From a virus (Duplodnaviria > Caudoviricetes): 56,536 bases of DNA. Within the stretch, counting starts at the first letter, position 1. The number at the start of each line of letters is the position of its first letter. The notes under the pieces are model-generated. The model was not told where the DNA came from and searched no databases. It saw only the letters and a program-made list of their open reading frames with translations. Below, one piece after another: positions 19,905 to 28,536 of the stretch. The DNA is taken from IMG/VR virus record IMGVR_UViG_3300044632_000832, positions 1 through 56,536 of that record. One strand, given 5' to 3'. The translations under genes and the position numbers were made by a program.

Positions 19905-20863
19905 GTGAGAACTTGGGTTGGATTCCACCAAGCGAGCGAGACCTGACTCAACGCCGGATGACCCTGGCGTTTGATCGGGAAACGCCTGCCTTCGGTGAGG
20001 CCAACCCTTTCCTCATGGAGTTGCCCAAGGAGGCACTGCTCTACAGCCTGGAGATTAAATCTACGGGCAATCTCCTGCCGCGTTACTACCAGTTAAGTGG
20101 ATCGTGTGTCGGCTTCGCTGGTGCCAGAGCCTACTGCTTGGCCCAGTGTGGAGATGTCGTCCACCGTGGTGACAGGGAAGAGATCAAGCTGGTGCATCCA
20201 CTGCCCACTTACGGCAAGGGTCGCCAGCTGGCTGGATATCGCAGCAAGGGGGAAGGCAGTTTCGGTGCAGCACAGGCAAGGGCCGTCAAAGAATGGGGCA
20301 TGCTGGCCATTGATGACCCACGCCTTCCGAAGGCTACGCTGACCGATGGATGGCTCAAGTGGTCGTCCAAGACGGAGATCGACTGGAGCTACTCTCCGCA
20401 GTGGCCCGTGAAAGAGTCGGCTCTGTCTGAGGATGCCAGGAATCACATTATTCATTCCGTCTCCAGGGTACGGACGCTCTTGGAGTTGAAGCAGGGCCTA
20501 GCCCAGGGTTATGCAGGGACGATGGCTTGCATGTTCGGATCGAAGAACATGCGGGTAAGAGATGGCTATCTCATCGCACCCTGGGATACACGCTGGGCGC
20601 ATCAGCAAACCATTGCTGGCTATACGGAGCATCCCGTGCATGGCGACCTTTTCGCGATAGACAATCAGTGGAACAAGAACGCCCACCCATTGTGTCCAAA
20701 GCTGTCAAGCATCGGCTCCGGCGTGAACGGTAGCTACTGGGTGACTGGCGACACGATGAAGCAGATACTCGCGAGCGAAGACTCTGAGGTGTTCCTGCAT
20801 AGCAATACCGCTGGCTTCCCTGCACGCAAGATCAGTTGGGGCAACATGGGGATCGGAGAATAA
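19901..20863 (+). CDS. Papain-like (C1-type) cysteine peptidase
   Basis: QLSGSCVG (oxyanion Gln, catalytic Cys), WAHQQTIAGY (His), DNQW (Asn). Confidence 0.8.
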   Translation: MSENLGWIPPSERDLTQRRMTLAFDRETPAFGEANPFLMELPKEALLYSLEIKSTGNLLPRYYQLSGSCVGFAGARAYCLAQCGDVVHRGDREEIKLVHPLPTYGKGRQLAGYRSKGEGSFGAAQARAVKEWGMLAIDDPRLPKATLTDGWLKWSSKTEIDWSYSPQWPVKESALSEDARNHIIHSVSRVRTLLELKQGLAQGYAGTMACMFGSKNMRVRDGYLIAPWDTRWAHQQTIAGYTEHPVHGDLFAIDNQWNKNAHPLCPKLSSIGSGVNGSYWVTGDTMKQILASEDSEVFLHSNTAGFPARKISWGNMGIGE

Positions 20864-20864
20864 C

Positions 20865-23387
20865 ATGAGCTGTAAGATCACAGCGGATTGCGTCTGCGGC
20901 CTGGAAGAATTCGTCCTCGACGTAGTCGCTGGTGGAGGGGGGGGCGGTGGTGGAGAATGCAACCTCACGACCGGTGACAAGGGTGACATCACTGTCAACA
21001 CGATCAACAGCTGGTCGATTGACAACGGTGTCGTTAGTTACCCCAAGATCCAGAACGTCAACACGGATCGGCTGCTGGGTCGCGTCTCTGCTGGATCTGG
21101 CGTTGTTGAAGAGATTCTGTTCACGGACGTAGCGCAGGAACTGCTGACGCAGAACACGATCAACTCGATTCGCACTTACCTTGGCCTGGGAACTTCCAGC
21201 ACCCAGAACATCAACTACTTTGCACTAGCTGCTCACACGCACGATGCCGCTGACATTGTCTCCGGCACGATGTCGACAGCTAGACTTGGAAGCGGCACTG
21301 CGAACAGCACCACCTTCCTTAACGGTGCGAACCAGTGGGTTACGATCAACGCTGCAGCCATCGCGGATGGAGACAAGGGCGATATCGTTGTCAGTGGCTC
21401 TGGGGCAACCTGGACCTTTGATCCATCGGTGGTCACTACTTTCGCACGAACGCTGCTGGACGACACCACGGCAGCAGCTGCAAGGGCAACTCTTGGTATT
21501 ACCGACCTGACGCTGTCTGCGTTTGGTCAGGCGATGATCACCGCAGCGAACTCGGCAGCTGGCACGGCCCTGCTCGACTCGTTTACCTCGACGGCCAAGG
21601 GACTTGCCCCTGCCTCTGGTGGTGGGACTGCGAACTACCTGCGTGCAGATGGCACATGGGCCGCACCCACAACCTTCATCGGTCCCGATACCGTCACAAC
21701 CACGACGATCATCAACGACGCGGTGACCAACGCGAAGCTTGCCGAGATGGCAGCGAACACGATCAAGGGAAACAACACAGCCGCCACGGCTAATCCCTTG
21801 GACCTAACCGGCACCCAGGTCACTGCGATGCTGGATGCTTTCAGTACCTCGGCCAAGGGCCTTGCTCCTGCTTCTGGTGGTGGGACTGCGAACTACCTGC
21901 GTGCAGATGGCACATGGGCAGCACCTCCTGGTTCGGGCGGAGTCACAGACGGCGACAAGGGTGATATCACTGTCACTTCGTCCGGTGCCACCTGGACGAT
22001 TGACAATGGCGTGGTGAGCTACGCCAAGATGCAGAACGTGTCGTCGTCTGACAGGCTGCTTGGCCGTGCTTCTGCCGGTGCTGGCGTTGTCCAGGAGATC
22101 ACCTGCACTAGCCTTGGCCGAAGTATCCTCGACGATACGAGCGTCACTGCTGTCCACACCACGCTGGAATTGAACACCTACTACAGTCAGGTGGGCCATA
22201 CGCATGACGCTGGTGATGTCACGACTGGCGTATTCAATACAGCTCGCCTCGGCACTGGATCGGCAACGTCCTCGACTTACCTTCGCGGCGATGGCACTTG
22301 GGCCACGGTAAGCGGTGGTGGTACGGCGACTCCTGCAGGAAACGACAACGAGATCCAGTTCAACAACAGCGGCGTTCTTGGTGCAGATGCCAACTTCACC
22401 TGGGACGGAACTGAGTTGTTCATTGGACGAACTTCAGGGACTCCTGGCCGGATCAGACTGGAGACCGGCACGGGAACCTCTTCGGTCCCACTGAGTGCAT
22501 CGATATCGCTGCTTCAGACATGGAACTACGGTGCCTCTGCTGCCGTAGCTCCAATTCAGGTGGCAATCACTGACACAGCGTCAGCTGCGGTGAGTAAGGT
22601 CCAGACCGTGGCTGTTAGCGGCGTGACGGTCAGCAGCATCCAGAAGGACGGCCTCACTTGGGGTAAGGCTGGCTTCATGACCGACAACGTCAATGCAGCT
22701 GGGTTCAGCTACGAGGATGGGACAGGTCTTTTCTGGGACGCCTTGAGCGAGATCGGCCAGAGGGATTACATCTCTGCCCAGAAGTTCTCTGTGTACAACA
22801 GGTCGGCACTTAACGCTCCTGGCACCACATACGAACGCGGCGTGCTGGACTGGAAAGGCGAATCTGGTGTATTTAGGGTAGGCACAGAGAAGGGCAGTGG
22901 CGTTGGTGTAGTTGCGAGGCCAATGCACTTGATCACTGATGGAACGCAGCGAGTCCGCATTAGCGAGACTGGTGTCGTCAGGTTCAACTCGGCCTACTCG
23001 TTCCCTACGGCTCAGGGATCAGCAGGGCAGGTGCTTGTCACTGACGGAGTCACTGGTGGCAATGGTGCATTGACATTCCAGAGCGCAGTGCTGTCATCTG
23101 CGTCCACTACTGCCAGCACTTCGATCACCCTGGCTGCCTCGGACAGTGGCAAGGTGATCTTCACTGCCGCTGGCAGTGCCGTGACGGTTACCATTCCTGC
23201 TGCTTTGCCAGCTAACTTCAATGTGCGGATCATCCAGGGCGGCAATGGTCAGGTCACTGTGCAGGCTGCGTCTGGTGTGACACTAACCAGCTTGGCTAAC
23301 AAAGTCGCCAGTGCTGGCCTCAACGGTGTCATGTGGTTGACCGGCATTTCCACGAACTTCTATAACCTCAGCGGCGACCTCGTCTAG
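20865..23387 (+). CDS. Repeat-rich fibre protein with Cys-rich N-terminus
   Basis: 3x GDKGDI(T/V)V..WT, 3x YLR(A/G)DGTWA, 2x HTHDA..ARLG; C-terminal TITL..DSGKVI..VTVTIP domain. Confidence 0.8.
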   Translation: MSCKITADCVCGLEEFVLDVVAGGGGGGGGECNLTTGDKGDITVNTINSWSIDNGVVSYPKIQNVNTDRLLGRVSAGSGVVEEILFTDVAQELLTQNTINSIRTYLGLGTSSTQNINYFALAAHTHDAADIVSGTMSTARLGSGTANSTTFLNGANQWVTINAAAIADGDKGDIVVSGSGATWTFDPSVVTTFARTLLDDTTAAAARATLGITDLTLSAFGQAMITAANSAAGTALLDSFTSTAKGLAPASGGGTANYLRADGTWAAPTTFIGPDTVTTTTIINDAVTNAKLAEMAANTIKGNNTAATANPLDLTGTQVTAMLDAFSTSAKGLAPASGGGTANYLRADGTWAAPPGSGGVTDGDKGDITVTSSGATWTIDNGVVSYAKMQNVSSSDRLLGRASAGAGVVQEITCTSLGRSILDDTSVTAVHTTLELNTYYSQVGHTHDAGDVTTGVFNTARLGTGSATSSTYLRGDGTWATVSGGGTATPAGNDNEIQFNNSGVLGADANFTWDGTELFIGRTSGTPGRIRLETGTGTSSVPLSASISLLQTWNYGASAAVAPIQVAITDTASAAVSKVQTVAVSGVTVSSIQKDGLTWGKAGFMTDNVNAAGFSYEDGTGLFWDALSEIGQRDYISAQKFSVYNRSALNAPGTTYERGVLDWKGESGVFRVGTEKGSGVGVVARPMHLITDGTQRVRISETGVVRFNSAYSFPTAQGSAGQVLVTDGVTGGNGALTFQSAVLSSASTTASTSITLAASDSGKVIFTAAGSAVTVTIPAALPANFNVRIIQGGNGQVTVQAASGVTLTSLANKVASAGLNGVMWLTGISTNFYNLSGDLV
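21615..21919 (+). repeat. 47-bp exact direct repeat (21615-21661 and 21873-21919) inside fibre gene
   Basis: TCTGGTGGTGGGACTGCGAACTACCTGCGTGCAGATGGCACATGGGC twice, 258 bp (86 codons) apart. Confidence 0.9.
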
Positions 23388-23395
23388 GTGGACTG

Positions 23396-24958
23396 ATGCT
23401 CTACACGTTGATGGACTTTAGTGACGGTATCGTCCACGATGCGGCCTGGGCCAGCACCCAGCCCAATGGCAGTCGGGTCGTGGTCATTGATGGCAAGGGC
23501 GACAGCGTCCGTGATCAGTTCAGCATCGCTGTGGGAGAGGGTCGCAATGGGAGCAATGCCCTTCGGGTCAGGTCCGTACCAACCTCAACTGGCGGAGACA
23601 ATCTGCCTGGCTTCTGGGTAATTCCGTACATCAAGGCGTCTAATGGGCTTATGAAGCCCAAGGACTCTCGTGGGTACATGGTTCCACCTGGGACTCGCGT
23701 GAATCGATTTGGGGCATGGCTGAAGTTTCCAGTTGGATTCCAGCAGGCATACACGACCGCGATTGTCGCAGGCACCAAGTACTTCAATTTCAACATCGGC
23801 ACTTACCACCATGATCCAGGTCTGATTGACGGACGCGATGTGCAGGAGACTAACAACTGGCACGGGTACTATCAGGTAACTCTCCGGCATGATCTGGCGC
23901 AGGGCGACTGGATTCACATGCTGGTCAACGAGATGCCAAGCCATCAGCGTGGTTACGGTCAGTACCGAGTGCCGAATCGTTTCACAGGTTCCGCTGGCGG
24001 CATGTGGGATACGCTGACTCGGCTTTACCTGGATACATCGCCATACAAGGGTGATCCCGAAGTCCCGTATCCTGTGGACATGCTTGTCGATTCGATGTAC
24101 TGCGATTACGTCGACGAGGACATGGGCATCCAGGTGCAGATCGAGAACTTCGAGGACGGCCAGGACTTTACCTGCATCAGCGGTCAGCAATACAACTTGA
24201 CCGTTACGATCACCAATTCGACAGACGCGGCAGTAACTGGGAAGCTGTACTACAGGTCGCACTACAGCATGGGTCCGCAGCTAATAGACGCGGTGACCAG
24301 TGCCAATGCCCACAACACCAACGTCACGATTGCACCAAATTCGTCGAAGCTGTTTATTTTCAAGATCACTCCAGCTAGCACCAACAACTACATGACGGGC
24401 GTGGTGTTCTCGCCGTCCTCGCAGAACATTGCACCCATGGGTCCGCTCCAGCCCAACCTGAGCGACCAGAGAACTGCCGTCAGCATGAATACCTACGGGC
24501 AGTACAGCCCATGGGATGGCAAGCTGGCAAGTGCATCCATCAAGACCAGGCCCCAGGCAACTGTGACGCTCCCACTCAAGCCCTGGTCTAGGGGTGGCAA
24601 GGTCTACTACGGGGCAGTTGGCGGCAATATCACTGGCACGTTACCGGCAAGCTCCCCTTCTGGCGAGACGATGACGTTCAGCAAGGTCAGTCAGCAGTCG
24701 ACGGGTGGAAACATCACGATTGAAGCTGACGGGGACTTCACCTTTGTTCCGACAGCTGGATTCGAGGGTGCCTACTTCTTCCGCTATGTGATCAACGATG
24801 GCTACCAGGACTCCAATATCTTTGGTGCTTGGGCATATGCTGGTGAGGACGAAGGTGGTGGTGGTGTTGATCCGCCACCTACTGTGCCGGAAGTCAAGAT
24901 CCAGATGACGGGTGCCAGCACCATGGGCTTCGCCGATGGCAAGTTGCTGGTAAGGTAA
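23396..24958 (+). CDS. Virion protein with C-terminal Ig/cadherin-like (Big_9-type) domain
   Basis: GNITIEADGDFTFVPTAGFEGAYFFRYVINDG..DSN. Confidence 0.65.
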   Translation: MLYTLMDFSDGIVHDAAWASTQPNGSRVVVIDGKGDSVRDQFSIAVGEGRNGSNALRVRSVPTSTGGDNLPGFWVIPYIKASNGLMKPKDSRGYMVPPGTRVNRFGAWLKFPVGFQQAYTTAIVAGTKYFNFNIGTYHHDPGLIDGRDVQETNNWHGYYQVTLRHDLAQGDWIHMLVNEMPSHQRGYGQYRVPNRFTGSAGGMWDTLTRLYLDTSPYKGDPEVPYPVDMLVDSMYCDYVDEDMGIQVQIENFEDGQDFTCISGQQYNLTVTITNSTDAAVTGKLYYRSHYSMGPQLIDAVTSANAHNTNVTIAPNSSKLFIFKITPASTNNYMTGVVFSPSSQNIAPMGPLQPNLSDQRTAVSMNTYGQYSPWDGKLASASIKTRPQATVTLPLKPWSRGGKVYYGAVGGNITGTLPASSPSGETMTFSKVSQQSTGGNITIEADGDFTFVPTAGFEGAYFFRYVINDGYQDSNIFGAWAYAGEDEGGGGVDPPPTVPEVKIQMTGASTMGFADGKLLVR

Positions 24959-25046
24959 AGTGTGTTAACATGGTTTGAGTTCGCAGAGGAATTGCGGCTT
25001 TCTTTGAAGGGAAGCTACTGCTTGGACTCAGCATAAGGAGCTACAC

Positions 25047-25199
25047 ATGCGAGTCGCTTTGATGGCCTTGGTTCTGTTGGCGTGTTCGTCGGTCACTGAG
25101 GCTGGTCTGATCTTCCACCGTGGAAGCAAGACGGTCGTCCGTTCTAGCAAGGCTGGTGTCCGCGTTGTCTGCCGCAGTGGTGCTTGCCAGGTGCGATAG
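25047..25199 (+). CDS. 50-aa exported micro-protein (not in ORF track)
   Basis: TAAGGAG RBS; MRVALMALVLLACSSVTEAG...VVCRSGACQVR*; signal peptide or lipobox LLAC. Confidence 0.65.
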   Translation: MRVALMALVLLACSSVTEAGLIFHRGSKTVVRSSKAGVRVVCRSGACQVR

Positions 25200-25408
25200 T
25201 GTCTGCGTACTACTACTGCAAGCTGTGCGACATCCGCTGGAGGGGCGACTGCTGGTGCGAGAACTGTGGGAAGGTATCCAAGGCGGATACCAGCCACTAC
25301 AGGACTTCCAACGAGGAGTCGGCCATGCCAACGGAGAAGTGGACGAAGCATGAGCATGGGCAGAAGGCGAAGTACAGCCAGATTAAGCGTGGCAAGTACC
25401 GTCGATGA
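25199..25408 (+). CDS. Small zinc-ribbon protein
   Basis: TAGTG overlap; CKLC...CENCG. Confidence 0.5.
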   Translation: MSAYYYCKLCDIRWRGDCWCENCGKVSKADTSHYRTSNEESAMPTEKWTKHEHGQKAKYSQIKRGKYRR

Positions 25409-25478
25409 TTTCCCCTGGCGTCTGGGCCACCGTCTTGAGCCCCACCAAGCGGTGGTCTGGACGCCTTTAAGGTGACAT

Positions 25479-25769
25479 ATGGCAGACTGCGAACCGAATT
25501 GCCCTGACTGTGAAGGTGTCGTCGACTGCGAGCGTGCCAAGCAGTTGCGATGCAAGGTGATGGCCCAGATCGAGGCTTTGCTTTGCGCTCCAAGTGGTCC
25601 GATTGAGATCGAGGGAGTCAAGTATGAGAGTAAGGGTTCAGCCCTGGCTTATCTTCGCGAGTTAATGGATTGGACCTACCTGATCTGTGAAAGGTCCATG
25701 GAGGAGGATGGCCCGATTATTGAGTGGGTTGGCCCCCAGCCGTGCGGCGGTGGAGATTGCTGCCAATGA
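25479..25769 (+). CDS. Head-tail adaptor (gpW-like), 10 Cys in 96 aa
   Basis: IEIEGVKY...YLREL pattern, AAGG RBS, synteny. Confidence 0.65.
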   Translation: MADCEPNCPDCEGVVDCERAKQLRCKVMAQIEALLCAPSGPIEIEGVKYESKGSALAYLRELMDWTYLICERSMEEDGPIIEWVGPQPCGGGDCCQ

Positions 25770-26353
25770 TGCCAGCGTCCGCCGTCACCCTGCTAGACTG
25801 CTCTGGTGCATCCCATGAGGTCTGTGCCTACGTTGCTGCGGTGACGGCTGGGATGTCGGATGATGGCAGTACCATGATCGCCAAGGTGACGGCGGTGGTT
25901 ACGGGGGACATTGGATTCCAGGCCAGGACGCTGGTGTTCGACGAGACTGAGTACACGGTATTCGCTACCAAGCAGGTTCCCTCAGCATGCACTACCAAGG
26001 TGGAGGCGTTCAGGGTCATGCTCAGGGGATGTGATGTCTGTGATGGGGTCGCCAAGACGCTGGCTGTACCAGAGAGCTGTGACGAGGATAGCACTGATGC
26101 CTACGGTGCGCTTGCAGTGAGGTTCTCTGCTCGCCACATATCTACGGACTCTCGCCGCCGAGGGGATATCGTGAGTCACACCGAAAGCTACGAGCTGATG
26201 TTCGAGGGGAGCCCTGAGTTGACGACGGACATGGTCATTGAGGGCTGTGGTAAGCTGTACAAGATTCGCGAGATTAGGTCGCAGTCGGACATTCGCAGGC
26301 CGATGCGTGTTCTGGCGGAGGTATCCACCCGTCCGAGGGCTGACATCCGATGA
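25766..26353 (+). CDS. Head closure/stopper protein (7 Cys)
   Basis: ATGA-coupled; C-terminal DMVIEGCGKLYKIREI pattern. Confidence 0.6.
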   Translation: MMPASAVTLLDCSGASHEVCAYVAAVTAGMSDDGSTMIAKVTAVVTGDIGFQARTLVFDETEYTVFATKQVPSACTTKVEAFRVMLRGCDVCDGVAKTLAVPESCDEDSTDAYGALAVRFSARHISTDSRRRGDIVSHTESYELMFEGSPELTTDMVIEGCGKLYKIREIRSQSDIRRPMRVLAEVSTRPRADIR

Positions 26354-26802
26354 TCAGGGACAGAACCGACCAGATGCTCAAGCGTGCCACTGACAAGCTA
26401 ATGAACGGCATCGAGTCCGCCATGGCGAGGCATGCAGATGTTCTCCGGTATCTTGTGGACACTCCAGTTGATGTCGATGCCAGAGGTAGGGTTATCCGCC
26501 GAAGCAGGCCAGGAGAGTACCCTCGCCTGGAGACTGGGCAGTTGCAGAACAACATCGCCTGGGGTGTCGACAGGGACGGGCTGGAGGGCAGGGTTGGAGT
26601 GAAGGGATACGGCACTGACGAGCAGTTCCTGCACGCAGACAGGCCGAAGCGTCCGTATAGCTGGGGTCCAGCCGATGAGAATGTAGGTGGGTTGGCCCTG
26701 GTGTGGCTGGAGGAGTTCGGGGACCGCCGGGGCATCAAGGCCAGCTGGCATCTCAGGGATTGGATGATAGCCCGACAAATCATCGAGGGGGCCGAAGGGT
26801 GA
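26350..26802 (+). CDS. HK97 gp10-like tail completion protein
   Basis: SRPGEYPRLETGQLQNNI...WLEEFG. Confidence 0.7.
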   Translation: MIRDRTDQMLKRATDKLMNGIESAMARHADVLRYLVDTPVDVDARGRVIRRSRPGEYPRLETGQLQNNIAWGVDRDGLEGRVGVKGYGTDEQFLHADRPKRPYSWGPADENVGGLALVWLEEFGDRRGIKASWHLRDWMIARQIIEGAEG

Positions 26803-27218
26803 GTTGCTGTTGCGATATCAACACGGAGAGTCCATGCACCATCGATGAGGCTGTTAAAACCATACTCGTCAACGAAGGGGTGCTGGCCTCGATTCATTCG
26901 GGAGCCTTGGCCCATCAGGACGAGCAGAACTGGCCTGTCATGGTGTTCGAGATGCTGGAGCCCTCGGTTCCCGTATCCAACGGATGCTGTTGGCAGTCGG
27001 ATGTTACGCTCCAGCTTCGCGTCTACACCACGACGAAGGTGGCTGGAGTGCAGTTGGCCCAGGAGGTATACGGAATCCTGAAGCCACTGGAGCCCATCCA
27101 GAGTCTTGCTGGCAACTTCATCATTTTCAGGCAGACAATTCCGCAGCAGCAGGATCTGCCGGATGGGATTTTTATGACCAGGGTTAACTACCGCCTGGTT
27201 GTGTGGACACCTAAGTAA
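26799..27218 (+). CDS. Tail terminator protein (6 Cys)
   Basis: GTGA overlap; WPVMVF, LQLRVYT motifs; precedes tube gene. Confidence 0.65.
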   Translation: MSCCCDINTESPCTIDEAVKTILVNEGVLASIHSGALAHQDEQNWPVMVFEMLEPSVPVSNGCCWQSDVTLQLRVYTTTKVAGVQLAQEVYGILKPLEPIQSLAGNFIIFRQTIPQQQDLPDGIFMTRVNYRLVVWTPK

Positions 27219-27232
27219 AAGGGAGTTTTGTC

Positions 27233-27817
27233 ATGGCGTGTGGATTATGCCCTGGATATTTCAGTGTCTGGTACTTGAAGGACGTTGGTGAAGGCAGTCC
27301 CGACTTCCAGTGGATCCAGATCAGCAACATCGATTCTTGGACGCTGGACGCGAACGTACAGGAGGCTACCAAGAAGCGTACCTCCAGCACGAACGGTCTG
27401 GCTGTGAAGTTCTGCGAAGACATCGTGGACTACACCGCATCGGTGACGACCACTGTCTGTGAGACGGACTGGCTGTGGTGCCACATCCTTTCCGATTCTG
27501 GCAATAAGAATCAGATGTCAGACACCCGCGAAGGGTGGTGGTTCTTCGGATGGGGCAAGGACGGCACTTCGCCGGAAGCTCCTGATGGATGGACCACCAT
27601 GGAGATCGCGGCTTGGGAGGTCTGGCGAGCTGGCGGTGCGGAAGCAGGTCCGCATCAGGACAGCGGTGTTTTTGTTTACGGGAAGGTCGTTCCCGGCGGC
27701 ATTGGCGGCGACAACACGGCAACCGACCCAACGACGGCCACGTTTACAATCAACGTGTCCTTTGGGCCGATCCTGCCTGAAGTGAACGCCAGCTGCGATC
27801 TTGTTGCGCCTGAGTAG
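27233..27817 (+). CDS. Major tail tube protein (6 Cys)
   Basis: ISNIDSWTLD...TSSTNG pattern, AGGGAG RBS, synteny. Confidence 0.75.
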   Translation: MACGLCPGYFSVWYLKDVGEGSPDFQWIQISNIDSWTLDANVQEATKKRTSSTNGLAVKFCEDIVDYTASVTTTVCETDWLWCHILSDSGNKNQMSDTREGWWFFGWGKDGTSPEAPDGWTTMEIAAWEVWRAGGAEAGPHQDSGVFVYGKVVPGGIGGDNTATDPTTATFTINVSFGPILPEVNASCDLVAPE

Positions 27818-27838
27818 TAACCTTTTGGGAGTGGGGCT

Positions 27839-28306
27839 ATGAAACCGACTGGTGTTGACTTTGATGTCGTGATTGATGGTGAGAAGCAGACGTACTACAT
27901 CAAGCCTGATGTGTTCTCTGAGTCCACCATGACGAAGCTGGCCGCTTACGTTAAGGCGAAGCGGTCGGAGACTCGCAGGGAGATGCTCCGTGATATCGCA
28001 GATGCTTCCAAGGGATTGCCCGAGGAGGCCATCAAGGCGATGACACAGGAGGTGATCCGCAACGGGTTGGACAACGCCTCTGTGGACTACGAGACAGCCA
28101 TTCAGGCACTCCAGTCCGCCGATGGCGAGGGTCTGGCTATCGCCCTTGAGATGAATGTCGACGGCATTAGCTCTCGTCATGAAGCTCGCAAGGTGATGTC
28201 TGCGTACCCGAACGTGGCAGACTTGATGGCGAAGGTCGTGCAAGCTGGCATGACTGCCCTGGAAGCTGCGCAGGAGTATGACCCCAAAACCGGCCTGGGA
28301 AACTGA
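27839..28306 (+). CDS. Tail assembly chaperone (G)
   Basis: Between tube and tape measure; ends in slippery G GGA AAC TGA. Confidence 0.75.
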   Translation: MKPTGVDFDVVIDGEKQTYYIKPDVFSESTMTKLAAYVKAKRSETRREMLRDIADASKGLPEEAIKAMTQEVIRNGLDNASVDYETAIQALQSADGEGLAIALEMNVDGISSRHEARKVMSAYPNVADLMAKVVQAGMTALEAAQEYDPKTGLGN

Positions 28307-28536
28307 TCCCGCCCCGTGGTGATGGCGTGAAGTCCATGTCACGGGAGGAGGGAGACGTATCCCTCGCAAGGGAATACCACCTGTCACTGGACCAGATACG
28401 CGGGCTGAACCAGTACGACAAGCGATTGATGATGGGCTGGGTTCCCTTCAATCGAGAGCTTGCCGAAAAAGCTGCGGCTGACCATGTCTCTGGAATGATG
28501 GCATTGGTCAAACGCCACGGGGTCAAGCATGGCTGA
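28297..28536 (+). CDS. -1 frameshift extension of tail chaperone (GT)
   Basis: GGGAAAC at 28297-28303; -1 frame open through ORF 28327-28536. Confidence 0.75.
   Translation, partial: GKLIPPRGDGVKSMSREEGDVSLAREYHLSLDQIRGLNQYDKRLMMGWVPFNRELAEKAAADHVSGMMALVKRHGVKHG

Noticed and set aside
21615-21919. Diversity-generating retroelement TR/VR pair
   Set aside because: There is no reverse transcriptase. The copies are identical, in frame within one gene, and lack adenine-specific mismatches.
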